Assembly: GCF_006345805.1 (NCBI RefSeq)
Contig: NC_042997.1
Span: 119,288,001-119,352,000 of the forward strand
Reading direction: 5' to 3'
DNA length: 64,000 bases
Source of the DNA: Octopus sinensis
Taxonomy: Eukaryota
Positions within the stretch are counted from its first letter, which is position 1. The number at the start of each line of letters is the position of its first letter. This document shows, piece after piece, positions 12,090 to 25,856 of the stretch. Below the pieces are notes generated by a model, which saw nothing but the letters and a program-made list of their open reading frames with translations, did not search any database and was not told where the DNA came from. Made by a program: the position numbers and the translations under genes.

Positions 12090-12510
12090 AATATCTATCA
12101 AGACCTACCAAAAACTGAGCATAAAGATCTTGAAACAGAAATTGGCAAAATGCGGAACCTCAAGAATAAAACAATAGCTGTTGTCATAAGTGCACTAGGA
12201 ATGATAGATTACGGGGCTGAATCCTACTTAGCTCAGTTACGAAGAAACCCCCCAAATAGCCGAAATTCAAAAGATACTGCTGAAGGGAACTGCCTATATC
12301 CTACGTAATATACTGTCTATGTAATCTCAAATTTTAAAATAAACTTATAATTTTCTTATGTTTTCTTAAACATTCTTCCTATGTGCAAACCCAAATATAT
12401 GACACCTAAGCATAACTCCAATATGAACTTGTTGTCTCTTGGGGTCTCTTGGTGAAACTTGGAGTAAATTTCTACAAATACAAAGCAAAAATCAAACATA
12501 TAATAATAAT
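12090..12510 (+). mobile_element. R4/Dong-like REL-endonuclease LINE, short 3' fragment (copy D)
   Basis: Encodes ISIKTYQKLS/KDLETEIGKMRNLKNKTIAVVISALGMI...AEIQKILLKGTAYILRNILSM*, homologous to the C-termini at 51665 and 54102. Flanked by (ATA)n upstream and AAT repeats downstream. Confidence 0.85.
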
Positions 12511-12529
12511 AATGATTTTTTTTTATTAT

Positions 12530-12690
12530 TGCCTACAAGGGAACGAACATAGAGGGGACACACAAGGACAGACAAAGGGATTAAGTCGCTTACATCGACC
12601 CCAGGGCGTTACTGGTACTTAATTTATCGACCCTGAAAGGATGAAAGGCAAAGTCGACCTCGGCGGAATTTGAACTCAGAACGCAACAGC
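12530..12690 (-). mobile_element. SINE fragment of a second family (core tgagttcaaattccgccgaggtcgactttgcctttcatcctttc-ggg-tcgataaattaagtaccag)
   Basis: The plus strand reads ctggtacttaatttatcgaccctgaaaggatgaaaggcaaagtcgacctcggcggaatttgaactcag. Degenerate relatives occur at about 15415-15540, 15610-16020, 19960-20120, 36070-36150 and 43585-43770. Confidence 0.75.
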
Positions 12691-12709
12691 AAACGAAATA
12701 ATACAAAGC

Positions 12710-12755
<46 letters not shown>

Positions 12756-12822
12756 TAACAATAACAACAACAACAATTATAACAATAACAACAACGACAA
12801 TAATAATACTAATAACATTAAA

Positions 12823-12864
<42 letters not shown>

Positions 12865-12867
<3 letters not shown>

Positions 12868-15209
12868 ATTTAATAGCATTATGAATAACCCGGAAAAAAC
12901 ACCACGTTGGATGGCAAATGGTATTACTTACCTCCTCCCCCAAAATAACAAAACGAAATACCCAAAAAACTACTGGCCTATAACATGTTTATCTACTACC
13001 TATAAGATTTTGACATCTATTCTAGTAGAGAAAACATACGTTTATGGAAGAGAATAACCTCTTTCCCACTGAACAAAAAGGATGCAGACGAGGCTCATAC
13101 GGATGCAAAGATCAGCTCCTAATTAATCGCATGATTCTTGAGAACTGCCATAACAAGCGCAGAAATCTCAGCTCTTCATGGATTGATTATAAAAAAGCCT
13201 TTGACAGCATACCACATTCGTGGATTCTGAAATCGCTGGACAATTTCAAAATATCTCCTGTGATTTCAGATTTTTTAAAGTATAATATGTCACTATGGAA
13301 CACGAAGCTCCAATTATATCATTCTAATGGAGTATTGCACAACATTAGCATAAACTGTGTAATTTTCCAAGGTGACTCACTTTGACCACTAATTTTCTGC
13401 ATAGCACTAATACCACTCTTAAGTGAACTGAATAGAACAGGATATGGCTACAAAATTGACAAGAAAATAATCCATCTATTTTATAAGGATGGCTTAAAGC
13501 TATATGGCAAAGATGATGAAGAGCTTCAAGGATTATTACATACTGTGAAAGGATTCTGTGATGATATCGGGATGGAGTTTGGCATTGAAACGTGTGCCAA
13601 AGCCACTTTTAAGAAAGGGAAATTGGTAAAGTCTATTTCAATCGAATTAGATGTCGAAATAGTAATAAAGGAACTTGAGCTAGAACAAACCTATAAATAC
13701 CTAGGAATAAATGAAGGCTCTGGTATCCAGCTTGCAAGCATGAAAGAGAAGGTTAGGAAAGAATGTTATAGAAGAGTTGGAGCAGCCCTGAAGTCTGAGC
13801 TGAATGCATATAATAAGGTTTTAGCCATAAACTCTTTAGCAGTACCAGTTGTTCTTTATAGCTTCAATGTGCCTAACTGGAATACCAGTGAAATAATGAA
13901 AATTGACAGAAAAATCCGCAAGCTACTGACTTGTAATAAGATGCACCATCCAAAGGCAGACATGGATCGCCTTTACCTTCCCAGAGCTCAGGGAGATCGA
14001 GGTTTGATCCAGCTTGAACTTACATACAAAACCACCACAATCGGACTGGCCAAATACCTTGAAGCAACCAACGATTGGATGCTAACACTTGTTGAAAAAC
14101 ATGAAAGACCTAAAAAATGTCACTCTATTCTCAAAGAGAGCAAAAAATTCGCTGCTGATCTCTTAGATACCCACGAGATTGAGCAGGCTGAAGGAAATGC
14201 ATCAACTGCAGCTGCAAAGAAAATAAAATTAATTGCAAAGACAAAAGCACATGAAAATTTAGCTAGCAGATGGGAACAGAAACCTCTCCATGGTAACTAT
14301 GTGGCCCGTAGCAAACAAGCTGATATCGACCAGAAACAAACGCACCAATGGTGACGAAGCTCAGGGCGAAAATCAGAGAGTGAAGGTTTCATATTAGCTG
14401 CTCAAGACCAAAGCTTATTAACCCGGAACTACCAAACCAATGTCATAAAAAATGGAGCTGACCCAAAATGCCGATTCTGTAACGATGAGATTGAAACAAT
14501 AGACCACCTAATCTCAGGGTGTAGAGTCTTAGCACCTGCAGAATATAAAGCAAGACATGACAGAGTCGGCCAGTATTTACATTGGACAATATGTCGGCAT
14601 TATAAAATCAAAACCGCTGACAAATGGTATAGACATCATCCTGAAGCTGTGACTGAGGAAGAAAATGTGTCGATTCTATGGGACGTCCCCGTGCAGATCG
14701 ACAGGACTATAAAAGCTAATAAACCGGATATTATTATAAAAGATCAGACAAAAAGGACGTGTTTATTAATTGACACGAGTATTCCCTGTGATCACAATAT
14801 AGCGGCGAAATAATTTGACAAGATTAGTAAATATAAAGACCTGCTAATAGGAATTGAAAAAATGTTGCATCTCAAGGCAACTACAGTACCAGTGATTGTA
14901 GGATCTCTAGGAATGATAAAAAAAGATACTGAAACCTATTCGAAAATGATTCCAGGTTTACCATCCCTACAGGAAGTGGAAAAAATCGTATTAACTGGAA
15001 CGGCTCATGTACTGAGAAGAGCACTATCGCTGTGAAAATAACATCCATCCATGAATTTATTAATTTATTAATTTTTAAATACATATGTTATCTGTGAACT
15101 TCCGTGTGTAATCTGGGAATGCATACAATGCCCTTCTCTGCCCTAGGTGTATGGAAAGCACTCGGCGAGAAACGGAAGAAAATTTGAAGAAAGAAGGAAA
15201 GAACATAAC

Positions 15210-15260
<51 letters not shown>
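12865..15260 (+). mobile_element. R4/Dong-like LINE, 5'-truncated and decayed (copy A)
   Basis: Begins right after (AAT)n with LFNSIMNNPEKTPRWMANGITYLLP. RT ORF pieces at 13044-13385 and 13545-14354 (KAFDSIPH, IFQGDSL). Then CRFCNDEIETIDHLISGC, RHDRV and KPDIIIKD, ending near 15035. The 3' UTR ends in (AAT)n. Several stops and frameshifts. Confidence 0.93.
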
Positions 15261-17819
15261 CGATCTGCTAAAAAGTACAAACTCGTAGGATTCTTGACTT
15301 TTAAGGAAACTTGTTACCAAAATTTAAGACATCATGTCTGCTAAATAATATAGCATTTCATAGTTATGTATGCTCGTATTCCCGTATAATTATCATTGTT
15401 GTTGTTGTTGTTCAGGCGGTGGCCTGACAGAACCGTTAGCACGCAGGTTGACTTTGCATTTCATCTCTTCAGGATCGATAAAATAAGGACAAGTTGACAC
15501 TTCCCCATAATGCTGGCCTTTTGCCAAAATTTGAAATCATCCCTATTATTATTGTTATCATACATAATTCTGTCATCTCTCTGGCATAATCATTATTATT
15601 ATAACGATTATGTTGGCGAGTTGACAGAATTGCTAGCGCGCCTGACGAAAAGCTTAACGGCATTTTCGCAGTTTTTTACGTGCTGACGCTAAATCACGCG
15701 AATCACGGTCGATAAAATGAGTATCATTCATCACTGCGATCGATGCAATCGACTAGCTCACTGTCGCTAAATTGCAAACCCTAAAACAGAATTGGAAGTA
15801 ATAATTACAGCTTGCTAACAGAAATGTGGGTACGCGACACAAATGGCTAAAAGTGTCTTTTTTCCGCGTTTTGCATTACGGCTACAAATGCCTCCAAGGT
15901 CGAGTTTGCCTTTTTATCATTTTGGGGTCGATAAAATAATTACCGGTCGAGCACTGGTGTTGATGCAATCGACTTACCCCTTCTACTCACATTTGTTGGC
16001 CGTATCCTAAATTTAGACCGAATTATTGTCACCATCGACGCCATCGTCGTTGTCATCATCATAATCTTCAATATCATCATCAATTCATCTTTTTTTTTGC
16101 AAGAAGCGATTACGTGTGTTACCCGTTTGGATTTAAAACATATTGATTTTTTCTTTTACAATTGGATTTTTAATTCTGTGTTCTGACATGTCATCCTGGC
16201 ACATGCAAAGAGGAAAAATATAGAAATACATTTTCGATGTTTGATTTTTCCTTCTTCTGGGGCTTAAGTTATTTATAAATATAGTTCTTTTTTCTTGTTT
16301 ACACTTTCTGAATGCCGTCATATGACATGGAGTGTGACTCCCTCAAGTAAAACAAATTAAACATGGAGGCAACCTCGCGGAAATAAACAAAACAAAGCAA
16401 AATTTGAACAAAAAAAGACGCAGGCACTTTGAAACATGAAAATAAATAGAATTCTATGAATATCAGTACTATTGAGGATATAGCAACACTATTACCATGA
16501 CCGCAACCACCACCGCCGCGGCCGCCGACATTACTACTGCCACCGCCACAACCACCACCGCCGTCGCTGCTACCGCTAACTTCACTTTCGCCGCTAAGAC
16601 CGGGAACAACATAAAACATGAAAACGTACACACATTTGCAGACAGTTTGATTAGCATACGAAGTATTGTAGCAATACTACGATATTTCATGAATCGTGCT
16701 CTACCCACGTACGCTAGCATACAAAAATACTCGAAACTGCGTTTATAGCAATAGATGTATTTTGCGGTATTGCTTGTCCCACAGATATTTTAGCCTAAAT
16801 TGAAATCCTGTAGGATGAGGAGCTGAGGAATTACGTGACAATTTTGCATATCTTTCAATGCTTAGAAGTGCATGTAATGTACAGTGTTGCTTTTGAATCC
16901 TGCAACAGGATGTACTGATGTATCTGTTTTATTTGCAAGGCGAAATACAAGCCAAGGTGGCAGAGTTGGTTTAAACTAATGAGCGTAAGCTCCGAAATCT
17001 ATACCTACACCAGCAAAAATTAAGTATCAATTACAGACGCATCATCAATGAGTTTGAGTTACCCCTAGATCGGTATCAGCGTTTGAGCTGAACACGGCTT
17101 CATGATTTAGGAATGTTGGTCAGTAATTGACATGTGTTTGATAGGTTCCACTACAGATATACAAAACTGATTAGCTCCTGTAACTACTGTAACATTATTA
17201 CTGCTATCGCAGTCGTTTGTGCATAAACTTGAGCCACAGAGTTGTGGTGCAGTGGGGAGACACGCGTGCTACAAGTGTGCTGGCAAGAGTTATCACTAGA
17301 AACGTTATAGCCTTCATGAACTAGAAAATTATAGAAAGAGAGAGAGAGAGAAAAAAGTAGGAGGGAGAGGGGAAGGGAAAACTATGTTCACCAGGACAAT
17401 CAGAATCATCAACAATCCCAAATGGAAGGTATTCCAACTGCTAGTTGTAATTCCACGGATATCTGGAAATTTGCTTCTCTAAAATCGTTGCGACTCTAAA
17501 ATCAGTGGTGATCCGTGTGAGGCAAGATAAACAATTGTAAAGGAACATGAAGGACAGACAGACAGAAGAAAATTGTGAACGAAACTAAAAGCTGTGCAAA
17601 ACAACGGCGCCGGTATTTCAGTTAAAACTGGAGGTTCGCCGGCACTAAAGCACCAGCCTCATGGGGGAATCAAATCTTAACGAAACTGAAGCTTGGAGGG
17701 GAACCAGGCATCATTCCAGCAGAAGGAAATACCTAGATATATATCACATAAGCTAGAGAGCGAGAAGAGCAGTGGCAGAATAATTAGCCTTTCCTGGACC
17801 TACGATAAATACATTATAT

Positions 17820-18560
17820 CCCACTTGAAATTATACGTCTCCTCTATTCAGGAACTGAAGATAGATAGTAAATACCTGATTAAGAAGAGGGGCAAGGATA
17901 GCACAAAACCTCCACATTGCGATTTAAAATATCAGCTTTGCTATATCAGTATGGTATATTACACACATCATCAGCAGTTGCCCTAAATTGTCTACGCGAT
18001 ACTACCTGCCATTGACGCATGATGTAGTTGCAACGACTATTTACAATGCTATCTGCAAACAATATTTACATTCTTATCTGCAAAGACTATTTACATTGTT
18101 ATCTGCTATTTACTATTGCTCTGACGAATATAGGAACGCCAGGTAAGAACCAGCTGGTATTTACGCTTTTAAAACAAATACATACTGACAGAACACTTCA
18201 ATAAAACATCAATTTGGTGCAAATATAGCAGGCCTAATATTCTTCTGAAGATAGAGAGCAAAAGTCAGTTGCTCAGCGGATATGAATCTACACCGAAAAG
18301 TCCAGAAAAAGTGAACATTTATGAAACATTAATGCGGAAATTCCAGCACTAATACACTAATTGTAAATGCTCATTGCTGTCTCCGATTTTAAATGCATTA
18401 AGTTATGAACAACAAATTTACACAAAAACCTAAAAGTGCTAGGTTTTTCTAAGAAAGAGCAAAAGAAACTGATATGGATTCTCCAAATCCAACCGATTAC
18501 TGGCTCAATTAAAATTCGTAAGACATTCCAAAGATTCTCCATCTGAGATTCTTGAGTTGA
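17820..18560 (+). mobile_element. Decayed REL-type (R2/NeSL/R4-like) LINE 3' relic of a further family
   Basis: YVSSIQELKIDSKYLIKKR...THIISSCPKLSTRYYLPLTHDVVATTIYN resembles a zinc knuckle plus the RHD region. The terminal LGFSKKEQKKLIWILQIQPITGSIKIRKTF resembles a LINE C-terminus. Many stops. Confidence 0.55.
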
Positions 18561-18865
18561 GTTGACCCATGCAATTTAGTGTGTATGTGTACGCATCGAC
18601 AGCCCAACCACATATTTACAAAAAAGGGAATTCTCTTAAATCAAAACGTCTTGTCGCATTTTCTGCGACAGGTTTGAACTCTCGTAAGATAAATTTAAAT
18701 GAGACTCAAAGAAAAAAAAGACACATTCATTGCATACAAACATCCATCCATCCATCCATCCATACATACATACATACATAAGCATGTCTAGATATGCAAC
18801 TATATGCATGAGAATACATACATAAAACAAAACAAATCTGCACATACACATACATACATACATAC

Positions 18866-18985
18866 AAACAAAAATATCCTGTTGTTGATGTTGAAGTTCC
18901 AGTGAAGGAGCCGTGGATCTCGGTTAAAAACCGACTCTTTCTCTATTGGCAAGAGATCTTGTAATAAAACTGAATAATGACATAC
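18866..18985 (-). repeat. Short interspersed repeat associated with (TATG)n tracts
   Basis: The reverse complement (ttcagttttattacaagatctcttgccaatagagaaagagtcgg...ggaacttcaacatcaacaacagg) recurs on the plus strand at about 21568-21650 and 21688-21785. Confidence 0.7.
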
Positions 18986-20643
18986 ATACATACTTACACT
19001 CCATTCATATATACATACATACACACATACATACATACATATATACATACATACATGCATACACACTTACACTCCATTCATATATGTCTTCCGTTTGTAT
19101 AGTAAATAAGTTGAAGCTGATAAACTCAAGTGACTGCAATTTAATTAACATTATCGAGTGTGAGGCAGGAAAACAGTTAATCTAAATCTTTCAAAATGTA
19201 AAAATATTTCTGATCTTGGTCATAAATTCTTTGTAAACAACGTGAATAGAAATACGAAAAACCATATTTGATAAAATGTAATTGAATTTAGCGGCCATTT
19301 ATTTTTAATACCTTATTTTTACGATCAGGTTATTTGAACTTTAAAATAAGATCTTTAACATGAAGAAGGGAAATTACCTCTGAACGCCATACTGCACTTG
19401 CCACCACTATAACAGCAATCACCATTCAACTATTCTATTATTTGATAGTAGTAGTCTCATCCAGTAACAATAAGCATGCAGTAGTACATTGTATCAAGTA
19501 ATCTCTTAATACCGGCTAAGACTACATTGAGATCTGTATCAGATCACGATAAATAGCCTTATCACAATCACCATCCACTGCTAACAGCACCTAGATGATG
19601 GCAGGTGTTCAAATATCCCGATTGCTATTCCTCTAATAACAGCAATTTTAAGGATTTTACCGTTTTTTTTATACAAGTATTATTTATTGGTAATATAAAG
19701 TCTAACAGTTTTATAAATTTCTCTGTTCCTGCTCTATTTATAATCCAACTATCCATGCACTGTCAGCTATTGTAGCAAAGGTATGTATATCAGAAGAGAA
19801 AATATCATGTGTGGATGTTATAGACGTTAATGTTGGTTGCTGGTAGAATTTTTCACGATATTTCGAAAATGAGAGTGGGGTATAGAATTCCTTGAGGAAT
19901 TTAAAAGAGAGTCAATTATATTATTGGTTTAACATTTTGGCATATGGTAAGCGATTTTGGAGGAGGGGTTAAGCCGATTACATTGACCTCCGTGCTTAAA
20001 AGTTTCTTATTCTATCAACTCTGAAAGGGGAATGAAAGGCAAGTCAGCTTAATTTGAACTCAGAACGTAAAGAAGGACAAAATATCTCTAAATATTTTGC
20101 CCAGAGTGCAAACGATTCTTCTAGCCTTAATGTCGATTCTTATTGTATTAGTAGCGTAAAGGGAAAGCAATTCGGTTAAGTGCACTCAAGACTTGCACAA
20201 TAAGCTAAATAGATGGGTAATTAGCAATGATAGATAAATGTTACTTTTGTGTGACGTATGCTATTGGTGCGTCAGTGTAGCGAATCGTATACTCTCTACA
20301 TATGGTTGTAACAAACGATTATGATCTGCGTTAATTTTTCATATTATAATTCTTTAAACATTTTGAGATAAGAATCAGTAGTCGGTCTGCGTATTGGATG
20401 CGTAGATATGTTAAGCTTTTTTAGAGTTTTAGAAAGTTTCCATCGTAGTTTTGAGAATATATGTTTGAGATATGAAATACAACAGGTTGTGTATATAAGT
20501 ATGTACCCATACAAAATTACATGATTGTACTTATATATTTATACAAGAAACACACACAGCCAGACACCCACACTCATGTATACGTATCTATCAATATCTA
20601 TGTATGTATACACACACACGCGCACACACACACACACACACAC

Positions 20644-20683
<40 letters not shown>

Positions 20684-21871
20684 TACATAAAATACATCCC
20701 AATACATAAAATAGAATTGCACTCTGCATCGACAGGAGATTGCATTCCCAGAATACAGAATGAAACTCTTTAGTGAACATAATGAGACATGCGCAAAGCA
20801 ACTGATACCACAATTTGTAGTCTTTCCATTCTATCAATGTGCCATTGGAACACCAACACAAGTTAGATTAAATAAGGTAACCTTCTTCATTGAAAAATAT
20901 ATATGTCAAAACGTAACCATTTCTAACATTTTTAAATAAGGACATTCACCTCATTGAAAAAAAAAATATAAAGCAAAACCACTTGTAACATTTTATTCCT
21001 TCTAAACAAAATCATATTAAACTAATCAAGCCTAGTCATTCTCAACATTTTTGATTGTCTCATATATACCGGAAAAGTCCCTGATTACCTCCCCCTGCCT
21101 GGAACTCCATATTTCACAAAAAAACGAAGACGTGAGACGATATAGGTAAAGAAATTTGAGAAATTTGAAAAGAAAATACGAAACCAGTTATTTCTCCAAA
21201 ACCTATGCTACTATACGCAAAATTTTATAAAATTTTTCTAACATAACGATTTAAATATATTCTTTAACCATATAACACAAGTCTTCTGTAGTTTTTTACT
21301 CTTTGTTGTTTTTTATACATCCAACCACGTGCTTTGACATACCAACTCTCTCACACTTATATATATATATATATATAACTACATACATACATACATACAT
21401 GCATACATACATACTTATACATATACCTGCGTAGTTTTGAACGTCGTGGTGCAGGCAAATAGTAAATATAGAATTAAGACGCAAAACTAGCCTCCAGTTA
21501 TCTATGATTTCTAAAACTTATGAAATATCAGAGACCTTATTTTGTATAATGTTATATGTGAGCCATTATTCAGTTTTATTTCAAGATTTCTTGCCTATAG
21601 AGTATCAATCTGTTAACAGCCGAGATCCAAGACACCATGGCTGAAATTTCTACATCAGCAAGGTATGTCTGTATGTATGTCATTGTTTAGTTCTATTTCA
21701 AGATATCTTGCCATTAGAGAAATACATGGTTTCTAAGCTAGGATTCTCATTGGAATTTCAATATCAACAACTGGGTAATTTTGTATGTACATATGTATGT
21801 ACATATGTATGTACGTATGAATGTATGTATGTCTAAATGCATGTATGTATGTATGTATGTATGTATGTATG

Positions 21872-21902
<31 letters not shown>

Positions 21903-22568
21903 GTACGTATGTTATGTATGTATGTTATGTATGTATGTATGTTATGTTATGTATGTATGTATGTATGTATGTATGTATGTATGTATGTATGCATGTATGT
22001 AAGTAAGTAAGTCATATATGTATGTAGCCACTACACATTCTTTATTTTCTCTCCTTGTTTCTTTCTGTGTTTCCACAAATACTCCGGGTTAAAGGAAATA
22101 GACTGCCACCCATTCGTTATGATGTACAGTTTATGAAGTATAGATTACGATATGTTCCGTGATGTAGTTCATTCAATTGCCACGTAGAGAAATGAACTAA
22201 ATACTGGGTTGAAACGAAATTTGAGACAGCATTATTAACGTTATAGATAAATACTAACAAAATGGATCTGCGCTGTCTTATTTGTAGTGTTTTGTCATTA
22301 TTTACTCAACTGAATATCACAGATGAATCCGTATCTGCGAACACACACACGGCTTCTTATCATGCGTAGGTGTATAAATACATCCAGGCATAACCATGTA
22401 GACAAGTACGTACGTATATATGTTTATACATACACACACGTACACACATAAACGCGCGCACAAACACACATACATACACACGCGTACACACAAACGCGCG
22501 CACACACACATACACACATGTACACGCAAATACGCGCGTGCAAAAAGCACACGCACATACACATCCAT

Positions 22569-23035
22569 CTTTTACCTGTTATTTTTTATTTGTGTCAGTC
22601 ATTAGATGGTGGCCATGCTGGGGTACCACCTTGAATCTTTATAGTCAAAGGAATCGTCCCCAGTTAAGGCTGGTACTTATTCTAGCAAACTCTTTTGCTG
22701 AATTGGTAACTTACCGGGATGTAAAGACACATCGGTTTTCAAGCGGTGATTAGTGGACAAACACGGACACCAAGACACACACAACACACACACAAGACAC
22801 ACACACATACGGAAATATATCCAGTTATATATATAATGAACTAGAAAGAAAAGAATATATATATATATATATACGACGTATTATTTCAGTTTCCTCTTAC
22901 CAAATCCATTAAGAAGGCTTAGGTTGGCCAGAAGCTATAGTAGACGACACTTAGCAAAGGTGCGACGCAGTGGGTTCGAACCGGGGACCTTGTGGTTGGG
23001 AAGTAAGCTTCTTACCACAATGCCACACCTGCGCC
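22569..23035 (-). mobile_element. tRNA-derived SINE with internal CA/TA microsatellite
   Basis: cagtcattagatggtggccatgctgg...gacacttagcaaaggtgcgacgcagtgggttcgaaccgg...cttcttaccacaatgccacacctgcgcc. Confidence 0.8.
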
Positions 23036-23954
23036 AATGTTTGAAATTGTGTGTTTACTTGTTTATGATTATGAGACAATGTGCTTGTATACGGATGTAT
23101 ATGAGTGTGTGTATGTTTGTTCGTGCGTGTGTAGCCCGTCGATATGTAAAAGATGGAATTATCACTCCAACTGAGATAAATAGATTTGATGATGATGGAA
23201 GTAACACACCGCTTATAACAGAATGTATATTCTTAATATTTCTGCTCCATTTATTTGCATTTTAGATTGTGCAGCATAGACTGTGTTCTTATGATATAAC
23301 TCAATGTAAAGACTAGTGTTGTATACTAGAGATTGTATTATTTATATTTATATATTAGCAGATGTCTGCGTATTGGTATGCCTGTGCATAATGCCAATGA
23401 ATGAGTGAGAGGGGAGAGAAAGAAGCTGAAAAGTAAAGTGAAGAAGTGGCTTCTGACTTCTCCTGCATCTCCTCATCTGTCAGTATGTTTCTTTCGATAA
23501 AGGGACAAATGTAAATAGTGTAAGTGTGTGAGTGAGTTAGAAAGAAAAAGCGGAAGAGAGTGAAAGAAATAGATATAGACTAAATGAGAGGAACTATAAC
23601 AGAGGGTGAGAGAGAATATGTTTGAGCGAGAGAAACACAGAATAAGAGAAACACAGAGAGAAGAAAGAAAGAAATCGAAAGAGATAGCAAGTTTCTATAG
23701 AAGTTGAAGGAGGAAGGGATAGCGGGAGAGAGGTACGCTGATGTTTGATACTGTATGTATATGTGTATATATGTGAAGGTGACAGAAAAACCAGCAAAAC
23801 GAAAGAGGAAAAGCAGGAGAGAAAGATACGCTGGTGCTTAATACTGTATGTATATGTGTATATATGTGTGTTTTCATGTGTGTTTCTGTGTGTGTGTGCG
23901 CGCGCGCGTGTGTGTCTGTGTGTGCATGCTTGAAGATATTCATGTGACTATCAC

Positions 23955-24260
23955 TCATTTTTTCATTTAATCCCCAATTTCATTTTCAAATTTTTTTCCA
24001 GAAAAATGTTCTCATTGTCTACCAGAGTAGATGGCGTAGATGAAGATGTTCAACATTCTACAGTGAAGCAAAGACGAGCACAGGTAGCGAGCGTAAGGTC
24101 ACTAGAGATCCCTGCACGACGACAGCAAAGAAATGAAAACGACCGAATGGGACTTGCTGCGCGTAGGGTCAGTGAGTGACGAGAGGCAAGGGAAAAATGG
24201 TTAGAACACTTATGCCAACAAAATACAATCCGCAGGTGCCAACATTCAAAAAATGAAAGA
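23955..24260 (+). mobile_element. Possible Helitron-derived N-terminal coding relic
   Basis: Charged R/E/Q-rich peptide TVKQRRAQVASVRSLEIPARRQQRNENDRMGLAARRVSE*REAREKWLEHL, resembling the low-complexity N-terminal repeats of Helitron RepHel proteins (from recall, not searched). Confidence 0.35.
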
Positions 24261-24457
24261 GAAAACGTTTAAAGGATGCAAGACAAAAACAACCTGCCAG
24301 ATTACGGTATGACGCACACAAAGAGAACAGTGTCACCCAACTCGCTTCTTTATCAAAACCACTACCGAAAGATGAGCCAAAAACACTGAAAGACGGTGCT
24401 TCGCAATGGCCTCTGCTTCTGACTGAAACCAGTAAGAGAATAAAAAGAGAGAAAAGA

Positions 24458-24492
<35 letters not shown>

Positions 24493-24768
24493 AATGCAGT
24501 AGCAAACTGAGGCGAGATTTCCTTCAAATAGGTGTTAAATATCCAATTCACAGGTACTTCAGTTGAATATCGTATAAATACGGGTATAATGCAATTAAAA
24601 ATATAAATTAAATAGAGAGATACTATTGAAAATCCAATTACAACAGCCTTGGTTTCAGTGGCCCAAAGCTTTTTGATACTCGTAGCAAACAGTGTAGCAA
24701 ACGGTGGAGACCCAGCAGAGCCGCAGCTCTGAGCTTAAACAACTGATAAAACAACAAAACATAGAACA

Positions 24769-24821
<53 letters not shown>

Positions 24822-24903
24822 ATATATATATATTATATTATATATATATATAATATATATATATATATATAGATATACATATATATATATAGATAGATAT
24901 AGC

Positions 24904-24948
<45 letters not shown>

Positions 24949-25013
24949 ATTCATATTCCAGCATGACTGCAGTCAGGTGACGGAAACAATGATTTCAAAG
25001 AGTATGTGTATAC

Positions 25014-25046
<33 letters not shown>

Positions 25047-25099
25047 TTATTAGTGAATTGAAGAAATGGAGTTGAACGAAGATTGAACAGAAATCGTTT

Positions 25100-25192
25100 T
25101 ATTTCATTCTACACGTGTTTCGAAAGGCACAATTTACCAAATTCCGATTGAATAATGAGACCATATTGTGTCTTTCTCTTCAGGAAGAAATA
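25100..25192 (-). ncRNA. Minimal type I hammerhead ribozyme (Penelope-type)
   Basis: Minus strand elements: stem I UAUUUC-UUC / GAA(U)GAAAUA; core CUGAAGA (25183-25177); stem II GAAAG-A-CACAAU / AUUGUG-C-CUUUC; GAAA; a 2-bp stem III AC/GU capped by the palindromic loop ACGU; cleavage triplet GUA. Predicted cut lies between 25110 and 25109. Confidence 0.88.
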
Positions 25193-25856
25193 GGAAATCC
25201 GTTGGAAAAAACAAAAACAGAACAGAGGCGGAGCAAAACAAATCGAACTAGGCTCCTAAGAGCCCATGGCCAAACTGTTTATCAGTGTATGTTGAAAACG
25301 GGTGGTGGGTGCGTTGAAGATTTTAACGGGTCAGGCAGCGGTCATTCCGGTGGGTGAGGGCACGGGGTGTGTAGATGTTCTTTGTGACCGAGAGTAAAGT
25401 TCTGACTATTTAAAGAATATTAGATGTATTATATGGGGCGAGACAAAATCTACTTAGAGACATGTGTGTGTTTACTGTTCTATATATGTGTGCGGGCGCA
25501 AGTTGGTAGGAAGCGCTACATTCTGGTCATTGCTGAGAAATCCGTCAAGGGGTAGAAAACATTTTATGTGTACGTGTGTGCGTTTGATCGCGCGGCTGTA
25601 AACAGCTCTACACAATGGTCACTGCTGTAAAATCCCTTCGGGCGGCAGAAAAATATTTTATGTGTGCGTGTGTCCGTCTAATCATGCCTTGTCAAAGAAA
25701 CCACCCGTCGTCAAAAACAAAGCCCCATTCATCTCACAGGAGTAATTCCCCTTGCAATGGTTAATCATATTTCTCTTAAAGGCTTTTTCAGAATTTATTA
25801 CCAAGGGCTATTTTCATATAAGTAGTGTAACCGGGTGCAGGTATTATTTATAAGCG

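Noticed and set aside
16469-16748. Thr/Ala-rich ORFs on both strands
   Set aside because: Cryptic (ACC/GCC) trinucleotide repeat with no domain features.
18035-18115. 25-bp unit repeated about 3 times, superficially array-like
   Set aside because: A contiguous tandem duplication without spacers inside a LINE relic. Not CRISPR.
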